Assembly: GCA_004431415.1 (NCBI GenBank)
Contig: QPMI01000169.1
Coordinates: 124,886-188,885 of the forward strand
Source: Cyanophora paradoxa CCMP329
Taxonomy: Eukaryota > Plantae > Glaucophyta
Length of the DNA: 64,000 nucleotides
Direction: 5' to 3'
A program made the translations under genes and the position numbers. The notes below the pieces were generated by a model, which saw only the letters and a list, made by a program, of their open reading frames with translations, did no database searches and was not told the origin of the DNA. Shown here piece by piece: positions 24,209 through 36,062 of this stretch (position 1 is the stretch's first letter; the number at the start of each line of letters is the position of its first letter).

Positions 24209-24534
24209 CGCCGGCACTCGCTATATCAACGGCCTGGCGAGCTGCAGGAAGGCGCGGGTAGCGGCTGGGGGAAAGGCAGGTCTGGGCCGCCTGCCAGGCG
24301 CGTGCCGCGCCGCCGCCTGCCAGCGCCTGGCCAGCGACGTCGGCGGGGGCACCAGGTGGCGGGGAAGACTCTGAGAGCCTATCCGAGAGGGGAGGAGGGG
24401 GTACGCGGGCTCCGCTCACCTAGCTCTAGACTCACCTAGCGGAATCAAGCGTTCGCGACGTCGTAACCTTCGATTGATTGCACAGCAACGTTCACAGCCT
24501 CTGATTCCACAGCGCGGATCCAGCTGCGGTCGCC

Positions 24535-25336
24535 ATGGGTCCCGTGGTTCTCTCGGCCGACGCATACATCAAGGCGGTGCTGCATGCCGCGAAGAACTTC
24601 GCATGCGAAGTGAATGGCGTGCTGCTCGGGACGGCGGAAGGCGACCGCCTGGTCGTCCGCGACGCGATGCCGCTCTTCCATAGCCACCTCGCGCTCGCCC
24701 CAATGCTCGAGGCTGCAATGATGCAGGTGTGCGACGCGCCGGGCCGTGTTGGCCACCACGGCCGACGCGCCTGCAGGTCGAGGAGTACTGCGCGGCGCAG
24801 CGGCCGGCGCTGCAGATCCTCGGATATTACCATGCCAACGAGCGGTCTGATGACAGCGAGCTGAACTTGACCGCGCGCCGCATCGCGGACAAGATCCAAT
24901 CCTACTTCTCCTCCGCCTGCCTGTTGCTGGTGCGAACTCGCGCCAGGCCTGTGCGTGTACGCTGATTCTTTGCAGCTAAACCCGAGCAAGCTGGACACGG
25001 ACGACGGCTCGGCGTTTGAGGTGCGGCTTCTGCTGCAGGGCCCGAAGGCTCCCGCTCTTGGATGACGCCGCGGGGCAAGCAGGTCTTCCAGCGCGACGGG
25101 TCCTCCTGGAAGAAGCGCGGCCCGCCCGAGCTCGAGGACTCGAGTGCGGCGCGCAAGGCATGCAACTATATGCGCGCTGGCCTCGCCGGCTCGCTCGTCG
25201 ATTTCGACGACCATCTCGACAACCCCACGAGGTGCCTCCCTTGCGTGTGCCCGCAAACGCTACTCGGCAAGCCTCACGATGCTGCAGCGACTGGTTGAAT
25301 CCCGGGCTCCTCCAATCGCTTGCGGCGCATGGCTGA
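24535..25336 (+). CDS. EMC8: ER membrane protein complex subunit 8/9 (UPF0172, MPN-like)
   Basis: AYIKAVLHAAK, VNGVLLG, DAMPLFH, ILGYYHANE, IADKI, LVDFDDHLD, DWLN. Confidence 0.92.
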
Positions 25337-26125
25337 GGGCTTCCCCGGATATTAACCGATCCGATGATTCAACGGATCGCGCCCTCTCCGCCCCGGCCAA
25401 CAGGCTCAGCTACTGCGCAGCGCTAGCACGCAGACTGAGCACTGACTCTCCAGCTAGCATCCATCCCAGGCGTCCCTGGGCCCTGGCGCGGCGCCGGCCC
25501 CTCGGCGATTTGCCCATGCCGCAGAGCCGTAGGCTGCGGATGTGTATGGATTCAGTTTCATGCGTTTGGTTCGATGCCATGCGGAATATCCGATCATGGG
25601 ATGCTGCGGCCGCGTTGGCCCAGTACGAGTGGGAGCGCGCGCCGCGGCGCGGTGCACGTGCGTGGCCTAGCATGCGCACTGCGGCAGCTGATCATGATGA
25701 GGACTCAGTGAGGAGCGCCAGCTAGCAGCGTACTACGGTATGCGCGCGCATGCCGCAGGCGCCGTGGCGCATTGCAATTGCGCTGCTAGCGCTAGCGCCG
25801 CGCGCGCGCAGCCTGGCATGCGCAGCTGGATCATCATGCCATGATGGCTTCGCGCAATCCGCCGTGCAGCAGTACGCGTACTACGGCCGCCTAGTACGGC
25901 GTACGCGCGTCGCGCGCACGGCCGGCGATCGAAGCAAGGAGCCAGCGTACCGAGCACGACATTTCGGAGGCTTTCGACCTTGGGGCTCCGCGGCCGATTT
26001 ATTTAGAATTTTTCGAGTTCGTGCGTACCCCGGCTAAGCACTTACGCCCGGGAGCTGCTTAGAGTTGCGATGAGGCACAGCTAGCCAGTTTCAGCACATT
26101 GGCAGCGGTTGTTTGTGCCGATCAG

Positions 26126-29100
26126 ATGCCCGAGCCGGAGCCCCCGACGCCCACCCGGCAGGATGCTCGGAGGGGCTCGGGCGCCGGCGGCCTGGGCAAC
26201 ATGGCAAACGGCCTTCTGCGCGGTAGGAAGTCCAGCGGAGACAAAGATGAGGTCGCCCGGCGCAAAGGAAGTGAAGGTGTGTCCGGAAGCTCCGGACTGT
26301 CTCCGAGTCCGGCGTATGAAAGCTGCAGCGGCGCTGAGCGGCGGTTATGTACCAGTACGATCGAGAACTTTCTCTAACTGCTGGGGACTGCGCAGATTTG
26401 GAGTCCAGCGTCAGCGTCGCTCCGGGTCTGAGCCCAGCTGGAGGCGATGATGACCGGTGCGGCGCTAGCTGTGCCATCCGCGCTCAGCTAAGACTGAGCC
26501 CCGCGCAGGAAACAACGCTGGGAGCGCGTCCGTGACATGGCGTTCCCGAAGCGCTCGCACAACGCCCCGGCCACAGGAGCAGGTCACAGCAGCGACAAAC
26601 CAGCGCTTCACAATGTGAGCTCTGCACTGAGTTCTTAAGCTCCCCACCGGGCCCGGCGCTTCAGGTATTGCTCGGACGCGCGGATTGACTCGTCCGCAGT
26701 TCTCCCTGCCGGTCTTGCTGCCGGATGGCAGATTCAGGCGTGTCTGGGATACGATCTTGATCGCAGCGCTTCTCTACAGCTTCATGACTGTGGTTCGTGC
26801 CCTGAGCACACGCGGATAGGCTGACGGCTCGCTGACAAAGACCACTCCTCTTCGCAGCCGTATTACATCGCTTGGTGGGCGCCGCCGAACTACGTAAACG
26901 CCGAGCTACTATCCCGCTCACGCAGTTGCGCAGGGACACACAAGCTTCTGGGGGCCTAGACAAGTTCGAGATCTTCCTGGATGTGTTCTTCATCATGTTC
27001 GGGGTTTTTCTTTTCTCCCCCAGCGCAAGCCTCTCATTTTGTTGCAGAGATCTTATCTTGAACTTCCGAACTGCTCTGATGAAGGACCTGTCGAATGACC
27101 TCGAGACGGACGGCAAGACTATAGGTGCCGCTTTCGCGCCCGGACGGCGCTCAGCTCCGAGCCGACGTCGCCACGGACAGCTGTCACGTACTTGAAGGGC
27201 TGGTTCATCATCGACCTGCTGTCGTGCGTGCCCTTCGACTCGATCACGGCCGCCGTCGGGGGCGACATCGCCGGGCTCACCTTCATCAAGGCGCCCGCCC
27301 CGCACGCTTCCCCCGCCCCCGCCTGGCGCGCCGGCTCAGCCCCCGCGGCAGGTGCCGCGCATGCTCCGGCTGCTCCGCCTCTTCCGCCTCATCCGCTTCA
27401 TTATGGGGGGATCCCGCTCGAGGCGCGCCGGCCCTGCGCCGCCCCCGCGCCGGCGCGGCTGAGCCGCCCCGCAGCTTGATGGAGAAAATCCTCGAGTCGC
27501 TGCAGATCAGCACGGTGCTGCTGCGCATCGCGAAGGTGCGCCCCCGCGGGGCCGGGGCGGGGTGGGCGGGGCGCGGGGCGGGGCCTCAGGGGCGGGCGGC
27601 GCAGCTCTTCTTCTGGATCGCCCTGGTGGCGCACATCAACGCCTGCGTGATCTTCTTCGTGGCGCGCGCCGAGGGCTTCCCCCCAAACAGGTGCCGCGGC
27701 CCCCGCGCGGGAGGGGCGGGGCGGGCGGGGGCCGAGGGAGCGGGGGCGGGGCGGCAGCTGGGTGTACTCGCTGGACTCGGAGTTCGACCCGACGGCGCCG
27801 AGCTTCGACTCCTACATCATGGCCTTCTACTTCGTCTTCACCACCATGGGTCCGCCCGCGCCCGCCCCGTCGCCCCGCTGCGCCGCGCGCGCGGGGCGCC
27901 GACGGGGGCGGGGCGGGGCAGCGACGGTGGGGTTCGGGGACATCACGCCGGGGAACACGACCGAGCGCCTCATCGTCATCTTCATCGAGTTCTCGGGCTC
28001 CATCACCTACGGTCTGCCCCCGCCCCGCGCCCCGCCGCGCCCTCTCCGCCGCCGCCGTCGGCGACGCGCGCGGCAGGTTTCGTCGTCGGCGGCATCGGGC
28101 AGGTCGTCCAGCAGCTGAACCGCAACCAGACCAAGTACCAGCAGGAGATGGACGCCATCTGTGCGCCCCGGCCCCGCCCCGCCCCGGCGCCCGCCGGCAG
28201 GCAAGCGGGGGGAGAGGAGCTGACGGGGCGGGCAGCGGAGTACATGAGGTACCGGGACCTGCCGCGGGAGCTGCAGCAGCGGATCAAGGACTACTTCGAG
28301 TACATCATGACGAAGCAGCTGCTCTTCGACGAGAAGCTGATCCTCTCGAAGCTCTCCACCTCCCTTCGCACCGAGGTCTGCCTCTACCTCAACCGCGACA
28401 TCATCGGTGCCGCCCCGCGCGCCCCGCCCCGCCCCCCTCTCCTCCGGCGCCCGGGGCCGATGCGGCGGGGCGGGTCGGGGCGCAGAGAAGACGCCGTTCT
28501 TCAAGGGGAAGGACTCGAACTTCGTGGCGGCGGTGGTGACGAGCCTGCGGCCGATGTCGGTGGCGCCGGGGGACTACATCTTCCGCTACGGGGAGACGGG
28601 GCGGGAGATGTACATCCTCTCCCGAGGCCGCGTCGAGGTCGTCGGCCCCGAGAACAAGCGCTACAACGGTGCGCCCCGGCCCCCGTCCCCGCCCCGCCCC
28701 CCCCAGCCCCCGGCGGCGCCTCTGAGGCGGCGGCGGCGCAGTGCTGGAGGCGGGGAGCTACTTCGGGGAGGTGTCGCTGCTGCTGGGGGTGAAGCGGACG
28801 GCGAGCACGCGGGCGCTGGGCAACTGCGACCTCTTCGCGCTGACCAAGGAGGACCTGGACCGCGCCACCGAGGACTACCCCCGGGAGAAGAAGAAGCTCG
28901 AGGACATCGCGCGCTCCCGCGTCGCCCAGCTCCAGGTCGACGACCGCAAGAAGGAGCTCGCCCCGCCCCCGCCCCCGCCCGCCCCCGAGGAGCCCGACGC
29001 CAACGGCGGCCCCAAGACGGGGCGCAGCAGCAAGTCGCGGCAGGCCTCCATGCGCCGCCGCCGCCGCGGGGACACCCTCGCCGCCGGCGACGCCGCCGCC

Positions 29101-30066
29101 CTCGCTGACGAGGTGCGGCGTCCCGCCATCACGGCCAGCCGCCGCCGCGCGGGGCGCTGAGCGGGGCGCAGGGGCACGCGACGACGGAGGCGGAGGAGCT
29201 GCACCCGCCGCAGCCGCCCTCGGGGCCTCCACGAGCCGGCGGAGCTTCCGGGCCGGCAAGGCCGTGCTCGCCAACATGTTCAAGAAGGTGGCGGGGGCGA
29301 TCAAGCGGCCCGGGGAGCGGCCCGGCGAGGAGTTCGCGGCGGCCGTCGAGGGCGCCGTCGAGCGCGCCGTCCGCCTCGGGGCCCTCCCGCCCCGCCACCG
29401 CGACGCCGGCGACGAGGGCGACGAGGCCGGCCCCGCGCCCCGCCCCGCCGGCGCCGGCACGCACTCGCCGCCCCTCAGCGAGCGCCGCGGCGTCGCCCAC
29501 GCCCTCCCGCTCCTGGAGCTCCCGGGCGCAGGGAGGGCGCGGCGCCGGCCGTCGTCCTCACCGTCACGGGGGCCTCCCAGCGCAGCTCCCGCCGCAGCAG
29601 CCGCGACTCGGCGCCGGGGCAGGAGGAGGGCGGCCCCGCCGCGCCCCGCCCAGGACGCCCCGGCGCCGAGCCGGAGCCGCCGGCGCCGCCCCCGGCGCCC
29701 GCCGTGTCGATGACCTCGGCCCAGCTGCCCCCCGAGTCGCCGGCGCCGCCCTCCGACTACGGCGGCAGCGTCGGAGGGAGCGGGGGCGGGGGCCCCTCCT
29801 TCTACGTCCCCCTCCACGCGCCCGACGGCCCCGCGGCCTCCTCGGGGGACGAGCGGGCGTCCAGCCCCCAGCCGCCCTCCCGCGAGCCCGACCTCTCCGC
29901 CCTCGCGCACCCCACCCCCACGCGGAACTACCCCGTCCCCGGCTCGGTGCCCCCTCCACTGAACCCCCTCCAAAAGCTCCAGTCCGAGTCCGAGGACGAC
30001 CGCACCCGGCCCCGGCCTAGCATCGTGCTGCCCCCTATAGGCGTTCCCCCGCTAGCTATTGGCTGA
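26126..30066 (+). CDS. Voltage-gated, cyclic-nucleotide-binding-domain K+ channel (EAG/HCN/CNG superfamily)
   Basis: DLILNFRTA, YLKGWFIIDLLSCVPFD, S4 RMLRLLRLFRLIR, pore TTMATVGFGDITP, C-linker YMRYRDLPRELQQRIKDYFEY, CNBD EMYILSRGRVEV...FGEVSLLLGVKRTAS. Start codon approximate. Confidence 0.92.
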
Positions 30067-30623
30067 CCCAGCGCCCCCTGCTAGCCAGTAGGCGCGCACC
30101 GTCTTTTTTGGATGCGGGTTCTATTTGGCAGCACTTCGACTGCCTGCACTGGTTTTCCCCTTCTTTCGTTAGGAGAGAACACCTATTTCTGCAAACAGTG
30201 TGAAGTATGTATTTATGATTTTATGATGTGCGAATCATTGAATCTCGAAGCTGAGAGCTTGCTTAGTAGCCCCTGTACTGTCGACGTCTGGACATGTGGC
30301 GAACTCGATCGAGGTCACAGCCGACGCCCGAAGGCGCAGCAGGCGCCGGCCGCGCCGGCGCCATGCACCGTGGCACGGCGCCGGCCGCCGCGCGTCGTCC
30401 GGCCGCGCACGCGAGGCATTTGCGCATGCAGCTGCAGCCGCGCGCAGCTGCAGGTCTAGCGCTAGCCGCTCAGCGGCGTCAGCGCTTGCCGCAGTGCACG
30501 CGGGTACGCGAATTGGTCGTGCGCTGATCGGACTCAGGGAGCCGCAGCGCGCCGGCGACCCAGCGAAGCAGATTCGGCTACCCGAATCCTCTATCACAGT
30601 ATCGAAAGAAGAGGAATTGCAAG

Positions 30624-31646
30624 ATGCTGGCTTTCTCGCCCGTGACCTGCTTGCCCGAGTTGAGGGCGCGGCAAGGGCCGATCCAACTCCCACAGGCGAC
30701 GAGAGCCAGCGTCGTGCGCGCGTGCGCGGTATGCAGAGAAGCGCAACAGCTATTGAAACCTGCGCGGAGCTTCAGCGCTAGCGGACAGCCCGTCCAGCGA
30801 TTGCGCGGTCAGCCAGCTCTCCGGTGGACGCTCGCGCGAGGAGTCTTCTGCCGACCCGCGATCACATGCAGCTCGGAACCTGATGCCGCGAGCGGTCCCA
30901 GCGCGCCGCCAGCTGCAGGCGCGAGCGTGGAGGAAGAGAGCACCGTCCCGCAGTCGCCACCCTCCGCGCAGCCGGCGCCGGGGCGAGCGTGGAGCTGGGA
31001 TTGGGTCAAAGGCAACATTCCGATGCAACTGACGTTGGCGCGCGTCGCGGCGATTCCCCTGTTCATCGTCGTGCGGTACATGCCCATCGGCTGGAGCGCC
31101 CAGCTGAGCGCCCTCGTTTTCGTGGCCGCGTGTGTGACGGACTACGTGGACGGCTACCTGGCGCGGAAGCTGAACCAGTGCAGCCGTCTGGGGGCGTTCC
31201 TGGACCCCGTGGCGGACAAGCTGATGGTGGCCGTGGCGCTCGTCGTGCTGGCGGCCTCCGTCGGCTCGCCGCTGGTCACGCTGCCGGCCTGCGTGATCAT
31301 CTTCCGCGAGGTGCTCGTCAGCGCCGTCCGCGAGCTCTGCGCCGACCTCGGCAAGCGCGACGTCGTCGCCGTCTCCTGGGCCGGCAAGTGGAAGACCGCT
31401 TGCCAGGCCCGCCCCGCCCCGCCCCCCGCCCCGCCCGCCGCTGAACGAGCGGCGCGGCAGATGGTGGCGCTCTCGCTGCTGCTGTGGTGCCCGGACTGGC
31501 CGCGGCCGGCGCTGGCGGCGGGGGGCGTGCCGACGCTGCACGGCCTCGGGGTCGCCTTCCTCTACGCGGCGGCCGTCCTCACCGTCTACTCCATGTGGGG
31601 CTACCTCACCGCCGCCTGGCGCGAGCTCGCCGACGAGCTCCTCTAG
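30624..31646 (+). CDS. pgsA: Phosphatidylglycerophosphate synthase with plastid transit peptide; one intron
   Basis: [42 protein letters not shown] (CDP-alcohol phosphotransferase motif), [21 protein letters not shown]|M; N-terminus MLAFSP. Confidence 0.95.
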   Translation: [340 protein letters not shown]

Positions 31647-31697
31647 CCGGCCCCCGTCCCCGCGCATGCGATCCCTTCTCTGCAACTCGACACGCCA

Positions 31698-33039
31698 CTA
31701 CGACTTGCGCCTGTGGGCCGGGGCGGGGGCGGGGGCGGGCTCGGCGCCCAGGTCCTTGCACGCCCGCCAGGCGGCCCCCATGTAGAGGGCCGCGCCTGCG
31801 CGGGGGCCGGGGCGTGGGCGGGGCCCCCAGGACGGCAGCGGAGCAGAGCAGGTCCGAGGGACGTACTGTAGACGGCGAGGACTGTAGCACTGTAGAAAAG
31901 GACCAGGCCGGTCCAGTACCCGTACTGCGCGGGCGCCCGGCGCTGTGACCAGGAGGGGGGGGGGGGGGGGGGGGGGGGGGCGCGAGCCTGGGCGGCGGGG
32001 TCGGAGAGGGCGTCGCGGCGCTCGATCGCGAGGAGGATGAAGAGGGCGCCCATCTGCGGGGCGGGCGGGCCGGCCTCAGGCCCGCCGCGGGGCCCGAGCT
32101 GGGGGCGCGGGGGGGACACCTGGGTGGCGGTCTTCCACTTGCCGGCCCACGTGACGGCGACAACGTCGCGCTTGCCGACCGTCGCCATCCACTCCCGCAC
32201 CGCCGAGATCGCTGCCGCGCCGCCTCTGATGCCGCCCAGGAGGGCGGGGGCGGGGCCGGCGCACCGAACTCCCGCGCGATCATGATGCAGCACGGCACGG
32301 AGACCACTGCACACGGGGCGTCAGCTACAGGCGGCGCCTGCGCGCGGTCTGGTGCGGCAACGCGAGGCGGGGCGAGACTCGGGGCACCAGGGGATGGGTG
32401 CTCCTCGATCAGGCTGGCCATGCCCAGCGCTCGGGCATCAGCCGCGCCGCGGAACGCACGAAGGATGAAACGGCGGGCACCTGATGAGGGAGAGGGCTAC
32501 GAGGAGCTGCGCGGGCGCCGCGGGAGCTTCAGCGCTAGCTTCGGTGATGACTAGGGCGGGTTTCGGGCGCGGGGCGCAGGCTCGCCTTGTCCGCCACCGG
32601 ATCGAGGAAGGCACCGAACTTCGTGCTCTGCCCGCGTTCGCGTGCGCGGTGAGGCGGGCGCGCTTCGCGAGAAGGGCACAGCAGGCACCATGCCGAGCTT
32701 GCGGGCCGCGAAACCATCGAGGAAGTCCGTAAACTGTCCATCGGGATTCGGGAGAGCATTTAGCGCTCGCTAGCGGGGCTGCGCGCCCCCAGGTCGCACG
32801 CACGCCAGCAACGCCGAATAGAAGCGCGGAGCTCTTGTACTGACCCAGAGCTCGCAGGAGCATGAGCAACGGGACGAGACCGATTCTGAGATCGTACGAC
32901 ATCAGCGCGACGGTACAGGCACCCGCGCGCGGGGCAGAAAGGACCTTGTTAGCGTTATCCACACAGCGAGGTTGAACTCGATCCTGTGCTCGTGCCCGGG
33001 CCCAGCTTTGTGAGCTGTGCTCTCTGACTTGTGCACCAT
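31698..33039 (-). CDS. pgsA: Second PgsA paralogue without transit peptide, intron-rich (copy 1)
   Basis: Spliced: [73 protein letters not shown]; ends PAHRRKS*. Confidence 0.9.
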
Positions 33040-33439
33040 TCGGCTGGAAGCTCGTACGCGTGCAGACGAGCGCACTGCCAATTGCGCGACCGCAGCTGCT
33101 CGAAGAAGTGGTTCGCGGGGGCGGGATGCGGGCAGCCCGATCACAAGGCTAAAATAATCTAAAACGAAGGCCGGGCGGCTGCTGATCTTGGATCACACGC
33201 TTTTGACGGGGGTACGTACAGCTAGAGTTGGTGGGTAGAGAGTTCCGGGAGGTCAACCAGGGCCCGTCGAACCGGAGACACCGGCACTCGGCGAGGTCGG
33301 AATCTTGAAGGGAACCCCAATCTTATCCAAGGATATACCACAAGCAGCGCCCCGGCCGCGTCCGACGGTCAGCTAGGCCAGCCGCCTCCGCGCAAGTTGT
33401 TCCCGGGCGCTCCGCAACTGCCTTTCCTCAGCCTTCATC

Positions 33440-34452
33440 ATGGGTGGTGCAGTAGCCAAGGTAATTGCAACAGTAGCCTCGGCGCAAGCGAGGGTTATGC
33501 ATTGACCGCCGTCCCGCTCCTCGCCAGGTGAAGGAGGGCTTCAACAGTGCCAAGGAAGGGATCTCGAACAAGTTATCGAAGAGTGCGTCTCCGGGCGCCT
33601 GATCGACGTCTGGGGTCGGATGGGCGCCGCCGGGTCGCTGATCATCCCCGCAGAATGCGGGCCGTGCGGCAAGGACGGCCAGCCCGTGAAGATCAAGGGT
33701 ATGATGGAGATCAACATCCGACTTCCGGACAAGAGCGGGACCGATAAGGTCGGTGGGCGCCGCGCCAGCTGCCGGTCCCCGCTCAACTTCGCCGCGGCCC
33801 GCCCGCAGATCGGCTACCTGTACATTCCGAAGGACTTCGTGGGCCCCGGGCCGGACCCCGCGCCCGCGGCGCCGGCCGCCGCTCCGGCCGCTCCGGCCGC
33901 CGCTCCTAAAGCCCCTGCCGCGCCCGCCGCCGCCGCCGCCCCGCGGCCGCGCCAGCCGCCACCGCTGCACCCGCGCCCGTTGCGGCCGCTCCGGCGGCGC
34001 CCGCCGCCGCCGCCGCCGCCCCGGCGGCGCCCGCTGCGCCAGCCCTCCCGGCTGGCTACGCCGTGCCCGCCCTGCCCGCCCTGCCGCCCTGCCCGCCCTG
34101 CCCCGATGCCCCAGGTTCGACCGATTCGCCCCGCCAATGAACACCGCGCGCCGCCGCTGAGGCGATCGCGGGGCAGTGGCCGGGTACCCGGCGGCGGCGG
34201 CGGCGCCGCGGGCGTACGCGGCGGACCCGAGCGACGACGCCGTCGACGCCGCCGGCGACGACCTCTTCGCCGACGTGCGTGTACCCCCCGGCCCCGCCTC
34301 CCCTCGCCGCCCCCTTCCGAGCCTGGGTGCCGGCGCAGGGGAACGGAGAGCAGCTGGCGGAGGGATGGGCGGACGGGGAGGGCCACGGGCAGATCGCCCT
34401 CGAGTTCGACGACGGACGCCCCGACGCCTACGGCGCCTCCTCCCTCCTCTGA
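33440..34452 (+). CDS. Uncharacterised small Ala/Pro-rich protein, possible N-myristoylation (copy 1; apparent frameshifts in C-runs)
   Basis: MGGAVAK|VKEGFNSAKEGISNKLSK|KCGPCGKDGQPVKIKG...; GT-AG introns; intact in copy 2. Confidence 0.6.
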
Positions 34453-34523
34453 GCGCTTTCCGTTCACGCGATCGCGCTGTTGTGAGCGAAATCATCGAGT
34501 GCACGTGCACGCACGGCAGCGGG

Positions 34524-35297
34524 CTACGCGGGGGCGGCGGGGGCGGGGACGGGCTCGGGGTCCGGGGCGGCGGGGGAGAGGGAGAGGGTCGGGGGAGGGG
34601 CGGCGGGGAGGGGCTGGGCGTTGAGGGCCGGAGAGGTGAGGGCGCTCGAGGCGAGGGAGGCGCCGGGCCTCGGCGAGGTCGAGACGAAGATGGCGGGGGC
34701 GGCGAGGGCCTGCAGCCCCGCCGCCGCCTCCAACGCAGCATCCGCCATCTCCCCTGGCGCCCCGCCCCGCCGGTCAGCTGGAGCCGGGGGGAGGGGGGGC
34801 CGGGGGGCCGGGGGGGGGGGGGGGGGGGGGGGGCGGGGGCGGACCGGGGCGCATGGAGAGGGAGCGGCTGCTCGCGATGCGCGCCTTGGTCCGCGAGCGC
34901 GCCAGGCGCCCTGCGGGGGAGCGGCGTCGGCGCGGGGCCGCGGCGGCGCCCCGGCCCCCTTCGCGCGCGCACGCTGCTCGTCGAAGTCGGGGGCCGGCTC
35001 GCGCGGGGGCGGGGGCAGGCCGTGGCGCTCGCAGAAGGCGCCGAAGGCGGCCTCGGGGATGGAGAGGGCGGCGCGCAGCACGCCGAGCACCTCCAGCACC
35101 TCCGGCACGTGCATGTCCGCCGGCCGCAGGCTCGCCACCACCACCAGGAACGCCCGCTCTGCCCCCCGGCGCCTCAGAGAGAGAGAGAGAGGGCGGCGCG
35201 CGGGGAGGAGGGGCCGGGGCGCGCCGTCGAGCTGGATGCCGTCGACGAGCATGCGCTGGAGCTGGGCCATGATGTAGCGCACCGCCTCCTGGCTCGC
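34524..35297 (-). pseudogene. 5'-truncated duplicate of the 38891-41635 gene, broken by the duplication junction
   Basis: Matches the last exons at 38891-39661, but its upstream part is replaced by antisense pgsA sequence. Confidence 0.8.
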
Positions 35298-36011
35298 ACC
35301 GTCCCGCAGTCGCCACCCTCCGCGCAGCCGGCGCCGGGGCGAGCGTGGAGCTGGGATTGGGTCAAAGGCAACATTCCGATGCAACTGACGTTGGCGCGCG
35401 TCGCGGCGATTCCCCTGTTCATCGTCGTGCGGTACATGCCCATCGGCTGGAGCGCCCAGCTGAGCGCCCTCGTTTTCGTGGCCGCGTGTGTGACGGACTA
35501 CGTGGACGGCTACCTGGCGCGGAAGCTGAACCAGTGCAGCCGTCTGGGGGCGTTCCTGGACCCCGTGGCGGACAAGCTGATGGTGGCCGTGGCGCTCGTC
35601 GTGCTGGCGGCCTCCGTCGGCTCGCCGCTGGTCACGCTGCCGGCCTGCGTGATCATCTTCCGCGAGGTGCTCGTCAGCGCCGTCCGCGAGCTCTGCGCCG
35701 ACCTCGGCAAGCGCGACGTCGTCGCCGTCTCCTGGGCCGGCTCAGCCGGCAAGTGGAAGACCGCTTGCCAGGCCCGCCCCGCCCCGCCCCCCGCCCCGCC
35801 CGCCGCTGAACGAGCGGCGCGGCAGATGGTGGCGCTCTCGCTGCTGCTGTGGTGCCCGGACTGGCCGCGGCCGGCGCTGGCGGCGGGGGGCGTGCCGACG
35901 CTGCACGGCCTCGGGGTCGCCTTCCTCTACGCGGCGGCCGTCCTCACCGTCTACTCCATGTGGGGCTACCTCACCGCCGCCTGGCGCGAGCTCGCCGACG
36001 AGCTCCTCTAG
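35298..36011 (+). pseudogene. pgsA: Duplicate pgsA lacking promoter, start codon and most of the transit peptide; in-frame 9-bp insertion; catalytic domain open from ATG 35379
   Basis: Begins at TVPQSPP. Reads SWAG-SAG-KWKT versus SWAGKWKT in copy 1. Confidence 0.8.
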
Positions 36012-36062
36012 CCGGCCCCCGTCCCCGCGCATGCGATCCCTTCTCTGCAACTCGACACGCCA

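Noticed and set aside
33900-34200. Copy 1 of the Ala/Pro-rich gene as a true pseudogene
   Set aside because: The disruptions are one-base losses in C/G runs and cannot be separated from read error without raw data.
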